Positions 10,174 through 18,275 of a DNA stretch of 64,000 nt are shown one piece after another. Source of the stretch: Christensenella sp. UBA7571 (GTDB lineage Bacteria > Bacillota > Clostridia > Christensenellales > CAG-917); assembly GCA_002476605.1 (NCBI GenBank), contig DLLD01000015.1, positions 9,694-73,693 of the forward strand, read 5' to 3'. Every line of letters begins with the position of its first letter. The first letter of the stretch is position 1. The translations under genes were made by a program, and so were the position numbers. Below the pieces are notes generated by a model. That model was not told the origin of the DNA. It did no database searches and saw nothing but the letters and a program-made list of their open reading frames with translations.

Positions 10174-10202
10174 ATTATACCACAGAGTATTTAGATTTGC
10201 AA
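10174..10202 (-). promoter_or_regulatory. sigma-A-type promoter of the ecf operon that may produce a leaderless mRNA
   Basis: On the minus strand the sequence reads TTGCAA (10202-10197), a 17-nt spacer, then TGG-TATAAT (10179-10174). The -10 ends 6 nt before the ecfA1 ATG and no Shine-Dalgarno sequence lies between them. Confidence 0.55.
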
Positions 10203-10236
10203 TCTTATATCGTTTATTGTGGATTTTATGAAAATT

Positions 10237-10372
10237 TCGAGTGTGGGTGTCCCGCCCTCGAAACAGTGATATCGTGCTTGCGCACGGTGATATTTGCGCA
10301 TAGCGCAAGTGATATTTTTTGTTATCGCAAAAAGTGATATTGCGACTTTGTCGCAGTTGTGGAATATTCCAT
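10237..10372 (+). repeat. Family A hairpin array: GC hairpin, then 4 x (GTGATAT + short palindrome), then GTTGTGGAATATTCC
   Basis: GTGATAT occurs 4 times, separated by CGTGC-TTGC-GCACG, TTGCGC-ATA-GCGCAA, TTTTTG-TTATCG-CAAAAA and TGCGAC-TTT-GTCGCA. The same architecture recurs at 56775-57058. Confidence 0.8.
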
Positions 10373-10391
10373 AAACAATAATAAAGTGCGT

Positions 10392-10719
10392 CGTAACTCC
10401 TCTAAATAGAATTGCCCCCTCTTTCCGGACACGCCGGCATTTCTAAAAAAATAATTAAATGCAACTTTCCCCCTTCCTCACGGTGTTTCCCCTATTCCGT
10501 TCCCCCTCCGCACTTCGTTTGAGGGAACCCACGGAACCGCTCCGCGGGGGGACACACTCGGCACGCGCATAGAGAAGTAACGTTCTCTCGTTATGCCACT
10601 CGTTCGCCAACGAAAAGAACAACACTCGTTGGCTCACTTGTACTTATCATCAAGCTTGGCGCTCGATTCGGTCGGCGCCTTGCGCCTCCAACTCCGAATA
10701 AGCAGATTCCGTGTATAAG
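10392..10719 (+). repeat. Family C interspersed structured element, copy 1 (about 330 nt)
   Basis: It shares conserved blocks with 42676-42953 and 51436-51950. These are TAACTCCTCTAAATAGAATTGCCCCCTCTTTCCGGACACGCCGGCATTTC, CTCGTTATGCCACT, the hairpin GCCAACGA/TCGTTGGC, CTTGTAC and the hairpin GGCGC-CTT-GCGCC. Confidence 0.75.
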
Positions 10720-10836
10720 TAGTCTTCGATTGAGTGTTCGTTAATTGGCCCGCTCTACAAGTTCGCGGACGGCGGTTTCTATTTCGTTTTCAAATAGGCA
10801 CATTCCGTTAATAAGTACGCTCTCAATAGGTTTTCG

Positions 10837-10895
10837 TTCGGGTGTGGGTGTCCCACCCGCAATTATTAATTATTAACTATTAATTATTAATTCCT
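10837..10895 (+). repeat. H0 GC hairpin (TTCGGGTGTGGGTGTCCCACCC) fused to an AT-rich TTAATTATTAA tract
   Basis: A near-identical composite occurs at 59298-59352. H0 alone occurs at 47951-47972 and heads each family A copy. Confidence 0.75.
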
Positions 10896-10902
10896 AAAAA
10901 AT

Positions 10903-10931
10903 ATTGACTTAAAATTTTTCTCAATATATAA
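10903..10931 (+). promoter_or_regulatory. sigma-A-type promoter of nifJ
   Basis: TTGACT (10903-10908), a 17-nt spacer, then TATAAT (10926-10931). A GGAGGA RBS precedes the ATG at 11006. Confidence 0.65.
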
Positions 10932-11005
10932 TATCTAATGACTATGCGCATCGCGCGCATACGCAAAATATTACTCGAAGATACTTTATTGGAGGAATTC
11001 CCGAT

Positions 11006-14000
11006 ATGAAAAAAATGACCATTGACGGTAACACCGCTGCGGCACATATTGCTTACGCTTTTTCCGACGTTGCGGCTATTTACCCTATCACTCCGTCATC
11101 CCCGATGGCAGAGAACTGTGACGACTGGGCAGGTCAAGGAAGAAAGAACATTTTCGGCAACGTTCTTAAAATTGCCGAAATGCAATCCGAAGCCGGCGCG
11201 GCAGGCGCAGTACACGGCTCTTTGGCAGCAGGCGCATTGACGAGCACGTTTACGGCGAGCCAAGGTTTGCTCCTTATGATTCCGAATATGTACAAAATCG
11301 CAGGCGAGTTGCTTCCTTGCGTATTCAACGTCTCCGCACGTAGCGTTGCAGGACACGCCCTCAACATTTTCGGAGATCACTCCGACGTTATGGCTTGCCG
11401 TCAAACCGGTTTTGCTATGCTCGCATCCAACAGCGTACAAGAAGTTATGGATTTGACCTTGGTCTCTTACCTTTCCACGATCGAATCCAGCGTTCCTTTC
11501 CTCAACTTCTTCGACGGTTTCCGCACCTCTCACGAAGTTGACAAGATCGACGTCATCGACTACGACGAGATCAAGGACCTCGTAAACTTCAAGAAGGTTG
11601 ACGAATTCCGCGCACGTGCACTCAACCCCGAGCATCCGCATCAACAAGGCACGGCTCAAAACCCCGACATCTACTTCCAAAACAGAGAAGCAAGCAACAA
11701 ATACTACGACGCAGTCCCCGCAATCGTTCAAGCGGAAATGGACAAAGTCAGCAAGCTCACGGGCAGAAAATACAATCTCGTTGACTACTACGGCGCAAAA
11801 GATGCAGACCGCGTGATCGTCATTATGGGTTCTGGTGCAGAAGCGGTTGAAGAGACCGTTGACTACCTCAACGCAAGAGGACAAAAAGTCGGTCTTCTCA
11901 AAGTCAGACTTTATCGTCCGTTCCCGATGGACGCATTCGTCGCGGCACTTCCCGAGACGGTCAAGACCATCACCGTTATGGACAGAACCAAAGAACCGGG
12001 CGCACAAGGCGAACCCCTCTACCTCGACGTCGTATCCGCTCTCAACGAGAAAGGCATCAAGAAAGAAGTGCTTTGCGGACGTTACGGCCTCGGCAGCAAG
12101 GAATTCAATCCTTCTATGGTCAACGCAATCTACGAAAATATGAACGGTGAGAAGAAAGATCGCTTCACGGTCGGCATCAACGACGACGTGACGTTCCACT
12201 CTCTCGCAGTCACCGAAAAGATCGACGCTTCCGACGCAAGCGCAATCTCTTGCAAGTTCTACGGTCTCGGCTCTGACGGTACGGTCGGCGCGAACAAGAA
12301 CTCCATCAAGATCATCGGCGACCACACCGACAAATACGCACAAGCGTACTTTGCATACGACTCCAAGAAATCCGGCGGTATCACCATTTCTCACCTCCGT
12401 TTCAGCGACAAGCCCATCCGCAGCACGTACCTCATCGACCAAGCGGACTTCGTGGCGTGCCACAACGAGTCTTACGTGCTCCGTTACGATATGCTCTCCG
12501 ACCTTAAAGAAGGCGGTACGTTCCTCCTCAACTCTCAATGGGAGCCCGAAGAGATGGACGCAAAACTCCCCGCTTCTATGAAGAATATGATTGCCAAAAA
12601 GCACATCAAATTCTACACTCTCGACGGTCTCAAAGTTATCCAAGAGATCGGCACGAAGAAGGGCGTCAACACGGTTATGCAAGCGGCGTTCTTCAAGCTT
12701 GCAAACGTCATTCCTTACGAAGACGCAGAGCGTTATATGAAGGAAATGATCAAGAAGTCCTACGGCAAGAAAGGTGACGCGGTCGTCGCAATGAACAACG
12801 CTTGCGTGGACAACGCAATCGCACACCTCAAAGAAGTCAAATATCCGCAAAGCTGGGAGACCACTACCAACGGCGCAGCTCCGCTCGAAGTGCCCAACGA
12901 CGAATATTTCAAGAACTTCATCGCTCCGATCACCGCACAAGAAGGCGACAAACTCCCCGTTTCCGCATTCAATCCCAACGGCTTCGTACCCACCGGCACG
13001 ACCAAATTTGAAAAACGCGGTATCGCAGTGTCCGTTCCTATGTGGGACAAAGACAAATGTATCCAATGCAACCGCTGCGCTCTCGTTTGCCCGCACGCGA
13101 CTATCCGTCCGACGCTCGCAACCGCAGAGGAACTTGCAAACAAACCCGAAACGTTCGAAACCAAACCGGCTATCGGCGTAAAGGGCTACGAATTCCGTAT
13201 GCAAGTAAGTCCGTACGACTGCACGGGTTGCTCCAACTGCGTTGCTGTATGCCCCGCAAAAGAAAAAGCTCTCACTATGGTTCCGCTTGACGAAGCAATC
13301 GCAAAAGAGGCGGAAAACTGGGAATATGCGGCAGACCTCAAAGAAACTTCCGCAGAACTCAAATCCGTCAACGTCAAGAACAGCCAATTCAAGAAACCGC
13401 TCTTCGAGTTCTCCGGCGCTTGCGCGGGTTGCGGTGAAACTCCGTACGTCAAGCTTATGACGCAACTCTTCGGTGACAGAATGCTCATCGCAAACGCAAC
13501 GGGTTGCTCCTCCATCTACGGCGGTAGCGCTCCGACTTGCCCCTACACCAAGAACGACAAAGGTCGCGGTCCTGCTTGGGCAAACTCCTTGTTCGAGGAC
13601 AACGCAGAGTTCGGTTACGGTATGCACCTCGCTTATGACACTCGTCGCAACGTGCTTGCAAACACGATTACCAACCTTATCAGCCTCGGCACGATTTCCG
13701 AAGATATGACTAACGCTCTCAACGCGTGGCTTGAAAACAAAGAAGACGCGGCAAAGAGCGAAGAAGCGGCAAACGCAATCATCGCACTTCTCCCCGAAGA
13801 AAAGAAGAACGCAAACGGCGTGAGTCTCGAACTCTTGCAAAACATCGAAGCAAGAGAAGATTGCCTCATCAAGAAATCCGTATGGATCGTCGGTGGTGAC
13901 GGCTGGGCGTACGATATCGGTTACAACGGCGTTGACCACGTCCTCGCAAGCGGTGAAGACGTCAACATCCTCGTCCTCGACACCGAAGTGTACTCCAACA

Positions 14001-14533
14001 CGGGCGGACAAGCTTCCAAGTCTACCCCGACCGGCGCAATCGCAAAATTCGCTGCAACGGGTAAACGCACCAAGAAGAAAGACCTTGCACTTCTCGCAAT
14101 GGACTACGGTTACGTGTACGTCGCACAAGTTTCTATGGGCGCGGATATGAACCAAGTGGTCAAAGCGTTTGCAGAGGCAGAGGCATATCACGGACCGTCC
14201 ATCATCATCGCTTACGCACCGTGCATCAACCACGGCATCAAAGGCGGTATGGACAATTCGCAAATGGAAATGAAGAAAGCAGTTGACTGCGGTTATTGGC
14301 AACTCTTCCGTTACAACCCGACGTTGGTCGGAACGGACAAAGCACCGCTCGCAATCGACAGCAAAGAGCCGACCGACGATTATCAAGCGTTCCTTATGAA
14401 CGAAACGAGATATGCGTCCTTGGCAAAGATGAATCCGGATGCGGCAAAAGTCTTGTTCGCAAAGAACGAAGAAGACGCCGCAAAGAAACGTGCATTCTAC
14501 CTCAAAAAGGCAGCTTCTTACACGGAAGAATAA
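11006..14533 (+). CDS. nifJ: pyruvate:ferredoxin (flavodoxin) oxidoreductase
   Basis: The 1175-aa protein has two 4Fe-4S ferredoxin motifs (CIQCNRCALVCPH, CTGCSNCVAVCPA) and the TPP-binding GDGWAYDIG motif. The N-terminus is PFOR-like. Confidence 0.95.
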   Translation: MKKMTIDGNTAAAHIAYAFSDVAAIYPITPSSPMAENCDDWAGQGRKNIFGNVLKIAEMQSEAGAAGAVHGSLAAGALTSTFTASQGLLLMIPNMYKIAGELLPCVFNVSARSVAGHALNIFGDHSDVMACRQTGFAMLASNSVQEVMDLTLVSYLSTIESSVPFLNFFDGFRTSHEVDKIDVIDYDEIKDLVNFKKVDEFRARALNPEHPHQQGTAQNPDIYFQNREASNKYYDAVPAIVQAEMDKVSKLTGRKYNLVDYYGAKDADRVIVIMGSGAEAVEETVDYLNARGQKVGLLKVRLYRPFPMDAFVAALPETVKTITVMDRTKEPGAQGEPLYLDVVSALNEKGIKKEVLCGRYGLGSKEFNPSMVNAIYENMNGEKKDRFTVGINDDVTFHSLAVTEKIDASDASAISCKFYGLGSDGTVGANKNSIKIIGDHTDKYAQAYFAYDSKKSGGITISHLRFSDKPIRSTYLIDQADFVACHNESYVLRYDMLSDLKEGGTFLLNSQWEPEEMDAKLPASMKNMIAKKHIKFYTLDGLKVIQEIGTKKGVNTVMQAAFFKLANVIPYEDAERYMKEMIKKSYGKKGDAVVAMNNACVDNAIAHLKEVKYPQSWETTTNGAAPLEVPNDEYFKNFIAPITAQEGDKLPVSAFNPNGFVPTGTTKFEKRGIAVSVPMWDKDKCIQCNRCALVCPHATIRPTLATAEELANKPETFETKPAIGVKGYEFRMQVSPYDCTGCSNCVAVCPAKEKALTMVPLDEAIAKEAENWEYAADLKETSAELKSVNVKNSQFKKPLFEFSGACAGCGETPYVKLMTQLFGDRMLIANATGCSSIYGGSAPTCPYTKNDKGRGPAWANSLFEDNAEFGYGMHLAYDTRRNVLANTITNLISLGTISEDMTNALNAWLENKEDAAKSEEAANAIIALLPEEKKNANGVSLELLQNIEAREDCLIKKSVWIVGGDGWAYDIGYNGVDHVLASGEDVNILVLDTEVYSNTGGQASKSTPTGAIAKFAATGKRTKKKDLALLAMDYGYVYVAQVSMGADMNQVVKAFAEAEAYHGPSIIIAYAPCINHGIKGGMDNSQMEMKKAVDCGYWQLFRYNPTLVGTDKAPLAIDSKEPTDDYQAFLMNETRYASLAKMNPDAAKVLFAKNEEDAAKKRAFYLKKAASYTEE

Positions 14534-14550
14534 TTCCGCATAGCGTAGCA

Positions 14551-14585
14551 AAAACCCCTCGGAAATCCGAGGGGTTTTTATTTTG
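14551..14585. terminator. bidirectional rho-independent terminator between nifJ and the LRR gene
   Basis: The sequence is AAAA-CCCCTCGG-AAAT-CCGAGGGG-TTTTTATTTT. Confidence 0.8.
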
Positions 14586-14595
14586 TTTTGACAAA

Positions 14596-16062
14596 TTATT
14601 CGGCAAACGGTACGTGATCTTTATTCAGCGATATAGTGCCGTCTTTGCAAATCACGTACGTCGACATTTGATCTTCGCAATCTATCACAGCGTCCCATTG
14701 CGCCATAGTTCCTTCATAATATACGGTTATCGGGCGTTGTTTTGTTGTCACGTAATAATAAATCGATTCAAATGCATCATCGTCGATTTCTTCAATTGAC
14801 GCTGGCACTATAACCGTTTCAACCAAGCTATCGCCACAAAATGCATATCTACCTATCTTTTTTACTCCGTAAGGCAAAATGACGCGTTTTACTTTTGAAT
14901 TATAAAAAGCTCCGCTTACTACTTCCGACGTATCGGCATCGATGAACAAAACCTCTCTTTCGCTTCCGAAATATCCAACGAACCGTTTTTCTTGTTCAAG
15001 TACCAAATAATACGTGTCTTTTTCCGTCTCAACCAGTTTATTTCCTCCTTCTTCGCTATAAAAATATATGTCCAACCCATCAAAACAAAAAGATTGAATG
15101 GGAATATTTGATCTATTATAAACTTGTACGAGTCTCGGACAAGCTCTTACCACCGGCTCAAACCAGCCGATTATAGTTTGCTTATAATTCTTCCCGACAG
15201 TTATACTCATAAGGCTTGCACAATTATGAAAAGTATTTGAGTACAACGTTTCGACTTTATCGGGGAACACGACCTCTTTTATCGATGGACAATCGTAAAA
15301 ACGAGTTGGATGCGTAATGTTTTCGCTAAATTTTACGGACTTTAACTTCTTACAATTCCTAAACAAGCAACTTCCGATATCCACGACGCTATCGGGCATA
15401 ATCACTTCTACCAATTCGTCGCAATCTTCAAAAAAATAATCGGCAATAACCGTCGTTCCTTCTCTAAAAGCAACGGTAGTATCTTTGGGCATATTCCCTT
15501 TATATGCATAGGCAATAGTACCGTAATATATCACTCCGTCGGGTTGTGCGTCAAACCAAGCCGTGCCGTAAAAAGATTTTGCACAAACGCCTTTTAGTGA
15601 TGACGGAAAAACTACGTCTTTAAGAGAAGAACAGCCGAAAAAGCAATTTTGCGAAATAAATTCAAAATCATCAGAAAACACGACTTCTACAAGTTTCTTG
15701 CAGTTTTCAAAAACTCCACGCCCCATTTGTACGTTTGGAAGCGTCACTTTTCGCAAATTTTTCATTTCCTTAAACGCGCCACCGTATATGAGAGCGCACG
15801 TATCCGGAATAACCATTTCAGTCACAACGTCTTTGTATTCGTATTTGATTTTTTTGATCTCAATCTTCCCTTCGGAAGCTCTTGAATCGTCAATTTCAAA
15901 ATACTCGTAGTCCTCAACGTGAAAATCGGGAACTTCTTCCTCTACGTCCTCTATTGGTGTAGGTTGTTCGTCGTTGTCATCGCAAGCGGTAAACGCAAAT
16001 ATCAAGCAAGCCAATAATACGGCAATCAAAAGGGTGTAACCCAAGAATTTCATTCGTTTCAT
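14596..16062 (-). CDS. BspA-like leucine-rich-repeat lipoprotein
   Basis: It has a lipoprotein signal (LLACLIFAFTAC) and repeated units of about 22 aa of the type IPDSV..IG..AF..C..L..V. Its GC content looks lower than its neighbours. Confidence 0.7.
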   Translation of the reverse strand: MKRMKFLGYTLLIAVLLACLIFAFTACDDNDEQPTPIEDVEEEVPDFHVEDYEYFEIDDSRASEGKIEIKKIKYEYKDVVTEMVIPDTCALIYGGAFKEMKNLRKVTLPNVQMGRGVFENCKKLVEVVFSDDFEFISQNCFFGCSSLKDVVFPSSLKGVCAKSFYGTAWFDAQPDGVIYYGTIAYAYKGNMPKDTTVAFREGTTVIADYFFEDCDELVEVIMPDSVVDIGSCLFRNCKKLKSVKFSENITHPTRFYDCPSIKEVVFPDKVETLYSNTFHNCASLMSITVGKNYKQTIIGWFEPVVRACPRLVQVYNRSNIPIQSFCFDGLDIYFYSEEGGNKLVETEKDTYYLVLEQEKRFVGYFGSEREVLFIDADTSEVVSGAFYNSKVKRVILPYGVKKIGRYAFCGDSLVETVIVPASIEEIDDDAFESIYYYVTTKQRPITVYYEGTMAQWDAVIDCEDQMSTYVICKDGTISLNKDHVPFAE

Positions 16063-16161
16063 TTTATCTTCCCCCTAAAAATCGTTTTTGAAACTTATAT
16101 AATGTATACAAATAACGACGTCGTTTTATTGGACTATACAGAAATTAGTTTTGCGATACAT

Positions 16162-16195
16162 AAAAAACGAAGAGACGTTTTCTCTTCGTTTTTCT
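16162..16195 (-). terminator. rho-independent terminator downstream of the flavodoxin-domain gene
   Basis: The stem AACGAAGAGA-cgttt-TCTCTTCGTT is flanked by an A-run and a T-run. Confidence 0.65.
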
Positions 16196-16234
16196 CGATA
16201 TTTTACACAATCGGCACTTTATACCGTTATTTTG

Positions 16235-17137
16235 TCAATTTAATCTCTTTATTTTGCCGAATTGCGTACTGTACGACTCGAAAGACGTATGCCTTGTGTC
16301 AAGCAATGCGTCCATATCGTCCGCAACGTTTTCAAAGCGCGCTTTCATCGTATGCGTGATAACGTAGCCTACGCTTTTGAGCTTGCCTTTTTGCATTTTG
16401 CAAAACTCCCTAATAGGGGCGCACACACCAAACACCCACATCGGAGAACAGATTATAACGCTGTCGTAACTGCTTAAATCGATATCGTCGATAGGCATAC
16501 CCCACTTGTGCATTCCGTATCTTCCGCACCACAAAAAGCCCAAATCTCCGTCCGTCTTTTCGGAAGTGGTGATTTGGTAAATATCCGCGCCTTGCGCGTT
16601 TGCGATTTGATAGGCAATCTTTTTGGTATATCCCAATCTTGAAAAATACACCACGGCGCAAGACGGGTTTTTGCCTATATTTTGATACTCGTTCTCGTCA
16701 AAATCGAAGTGATCTTGATCGTATCTCACAAGACAAACGTACCCCGTGATTGCTTGCAAAATGCCGAACACAAACCACAACGACGACATAACGTTTGGCG
16801 GAAAGATTACGAACTGAATTATTATCCACGCCATAAGAGTGACGCCGAATACCATTCCCATAATTATTCCGCTTTTCTTGTTTGCGAAAATCAAGCCCGT
16901 TGCGACGAGGTTGGTAACGCCGTTGACGATTATAAGCGCTATGCCCGAAAACAGAAAGTCTTGGAACAACTTGTCCGCAAGCGGTAACACTTGAAAGTAC
17001 GGCAACATACCGTCCATTCCCATAACACTCCCGTCGGGTTTTATAATCATACACAATCCACCGCCGATTGCGCCCAAACCTATAAACAGCGTCCAAAACA
17101 GCAAAATGCCCTTTGAAATCTTATATCTCTTGCTCAT
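16235..17137 (-). CDS. membrane-anchored flavodoxin-domain protein
   Basis: The N-terminal part has about 4 TM helices. The C-terminal part resembles flavodoxin-family proteins (VVYFSRLGYTKKIA...ICSPMWVFG). Confidence 0.55.
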   Translation of the reverse strand: MSKRYKISKGILLFWTLFIGLGAIGGGLCMIIKPDGSVMGMDGMLPYFQVLPLADKLFQDFLFSGIALIIVNGVTNLVATGLIFANKKSGIIMGMVFGVTLMAWIIIQFVIFPPNVMSSLWFVFGILQAITGYVCLVRYDQDHFDFDENEYQNIGKNPSCAVVYFSRLGYTKKIAYQIANAQGADIYQITTSEKTDGDLGFLWCGRYGMHKWGMPIDDIDLSSYDSVIICSPMWVFGVCAPIREFCKMQKGKLKSVGYVITHTMKARFENVADDMDALLDTRHTSFESYSTQFGKIKRLN

Positions 17138-17241
17138 TTTATCCTTCTTTGCGCACCTATGCGCAGTGATATGAACGTATAAAATCTATTGGTGCAATGC
17201 ACTTCATTTTATATCCGTTTTATATCACAATTCGTTTTATT

Positions 17242-17604
17242 TTAATTCTCGCTCTTATCTTCGTAGAACTTGCCCTCGAAAAAGTTTTCGTTTCCGAGAG
17301 GCGTTGCCGTAAGGCGGAACATAACGCAACCGTCGGGACACACGATAGTTTTGACGTATTTGTCCTCACCGCCCACTTTGCGCAAGTCTCCACCGCTTCT
17401 CACCGCTTCCATAATCGGATAAAGCATAGTCATAGTCTTACTGCAAATTCCGTAGCCTTGCGCGTTGACGGGGCAACCGTAAGTGCACTCGTATTTATCT
17501 CCGATTTGCTCGCCGTTGCGACAATAATTTTCCGTCTTGTCCCCTCTCAAAAATCCGATGGTTTCAATCTCGAATTTATATTCTTCGTCATACCATTTTT
17601 TCAT
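17242..17604 (-). CDS. TIGR04076-family Cys-rich protein (start moved to MKKWYD)
   Basis: The Cys pattern (YCRNG...CTYGCP...GICS...CPDGC) resembles the TIGR04076 family. The ATG at 17602-17604 has a GAGAGGA RBS and sits 2 nt after the upstream stop. Confidence 0.6.
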   Translation of the reverse strand: MKKWYDEEYKFEIETIGFLRGDKTENYCRNGEQIGDKYECTYGCPVNAQGYGICSKTMTMLYPIMEAVRSGGDLRKVGGEDKYVKTIVCPDGCVMFRLTATPLGNENFFEGKFYEDKSEN

Positions 17605-17606
17605 CG

Positions 17607-18275
17607 TTATATCCTCTCTTCGCAAAATTTCGCAATCTCTTTTTCCAGCGTGACGTACACTTGCGAAAGCAAATATCCGTCCACAATCGCGTGGTTGAGG
17701 CGCACCGTCAACGGCAACTTATATCTGCCGTTTTCTTCACGATACTTGCCCCAATTGACTACGGGTTGGAAATATAGATGCCCGTCGGGAAGTTCCACGT
17801 TCATACTGTCGTAACTCACCCACGGCAAATACGACGCGTCAAACCAATTGAGGTGATTTGCCATATCGAGACGATATTCTCTCGTTTGCTTTGCACGCGC
17901 TATATCCTTGGCGGCCTCGGCGTAAAACTCGTCGTAATCCTCGTAATACGTCGTATATACGGGAGTGCAAGTCTCCGTATCCTCGTGGAAAACGTATTGC
18001 GTCGGGTTTATCGTATCGAAGCAAATAAGTTCGTCCGTTTTCCAATCGTAAAACATCTTGTAATCGTCGCGCGAATTGAGCGTTTTGCAAAGCAAATACA
18101 AAAAGTTGATATAAAACTTGCTTCCCGTCTTTTTTGACACCTCGCGCAAGTCGGTTACGTCCACTCTTGCCGTCATAGAAATCGAGCATTTGCAATCTTG
18201 CGAAAAGTGCTTGAAAACGCCCTTTCTATAATACGTATTCATATCTATTTTTCTCATAATCGTATCAATCTCCAA
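17607..18275 (-). CDS. chloramphenicol acetyltransferase-like (CatA-family) O-acetyltransferase
   Basis: The 222-aa length and a C-terminal active-site-like NHAIVDG (family HHAxxDG) support the call. The substrate is unknown. Confidence 0.65.
   Translation of the reverse strand: MEIDTIMRKIDMNTYYRKGVFKHFSQDCKCSISMTARVDVTDLREVSKKTGSKFYINFLYLLCKTLNSRDDYKMFYDWKTDELICFDTINPTQYVFHEDTETCTPVYTTYYEDYDEFYAEAAKDIARAKQTREYRLDMANHLNWFDASYLPWVSYDSMNVELPDGHLYFQPVVNWGKYREENGRYKLPLTVRLNHAIVDGYLLSQVYVTLEKEIAKFCEERI

Noticed and set aside
9334-10308. N-terminal extensions in track ORFs. These are ecfA1 to 10308, ung from 48547, the DUF3794 gene to 26364, veg from 26308, M28 to 38813, GtrA-like to 61804 and TIGR04076 to 17625.
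   Set aside because: Internal start codons with proper RBS or promoter context coincide with the beginning of family homology. The extensions run into repeats, or overlap divergent neighbours (DUF3794 and veg would overlap by 57 nt).
10237-10372. Possible CRISPR array, integron attC sites or plasmid-type iterons, because of regularly spaced GTGATAT repeats.
   Set aside because: The repeat is only 7 nt and the spacers of 14-18 nt are themselves palindromes conserved between loci. No cas or intI genes are present, and the GTTRRRY core does not fit. An iteron-like protein-binding array cannot be excluded and is kept as an alternative hypothesis in the findings.
10455-10637. A 60-aa minus-strand ORF inside family C copy 1, plus ORFs 42817..43008 and 51606..52016 and others in the other copies.
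   Set aside because: The homologous segment in copy 2 has an in-frame stop after 13 codons. The plus-strand ORFs of copies 1 and 2 use different frames, so there is no conserved coding potential.
11096-14551. A 1151-aa ORF antisense to nifJ. Similar long antisense ORFs occur at 3880..5118, 4896..6137, 20085..21617, 38900..40105, 41222..42502, 43048..44319 and 57654..59024.
   Set aside because: Each is in exact codon register opposite a gene with strong homology motifs. Their translations are Arg/Val/Phe/Cys/His-rich nonsense, typical of shadow frames. They are explained by avoidance of TTA, CTA and TCA codons in the real genes.
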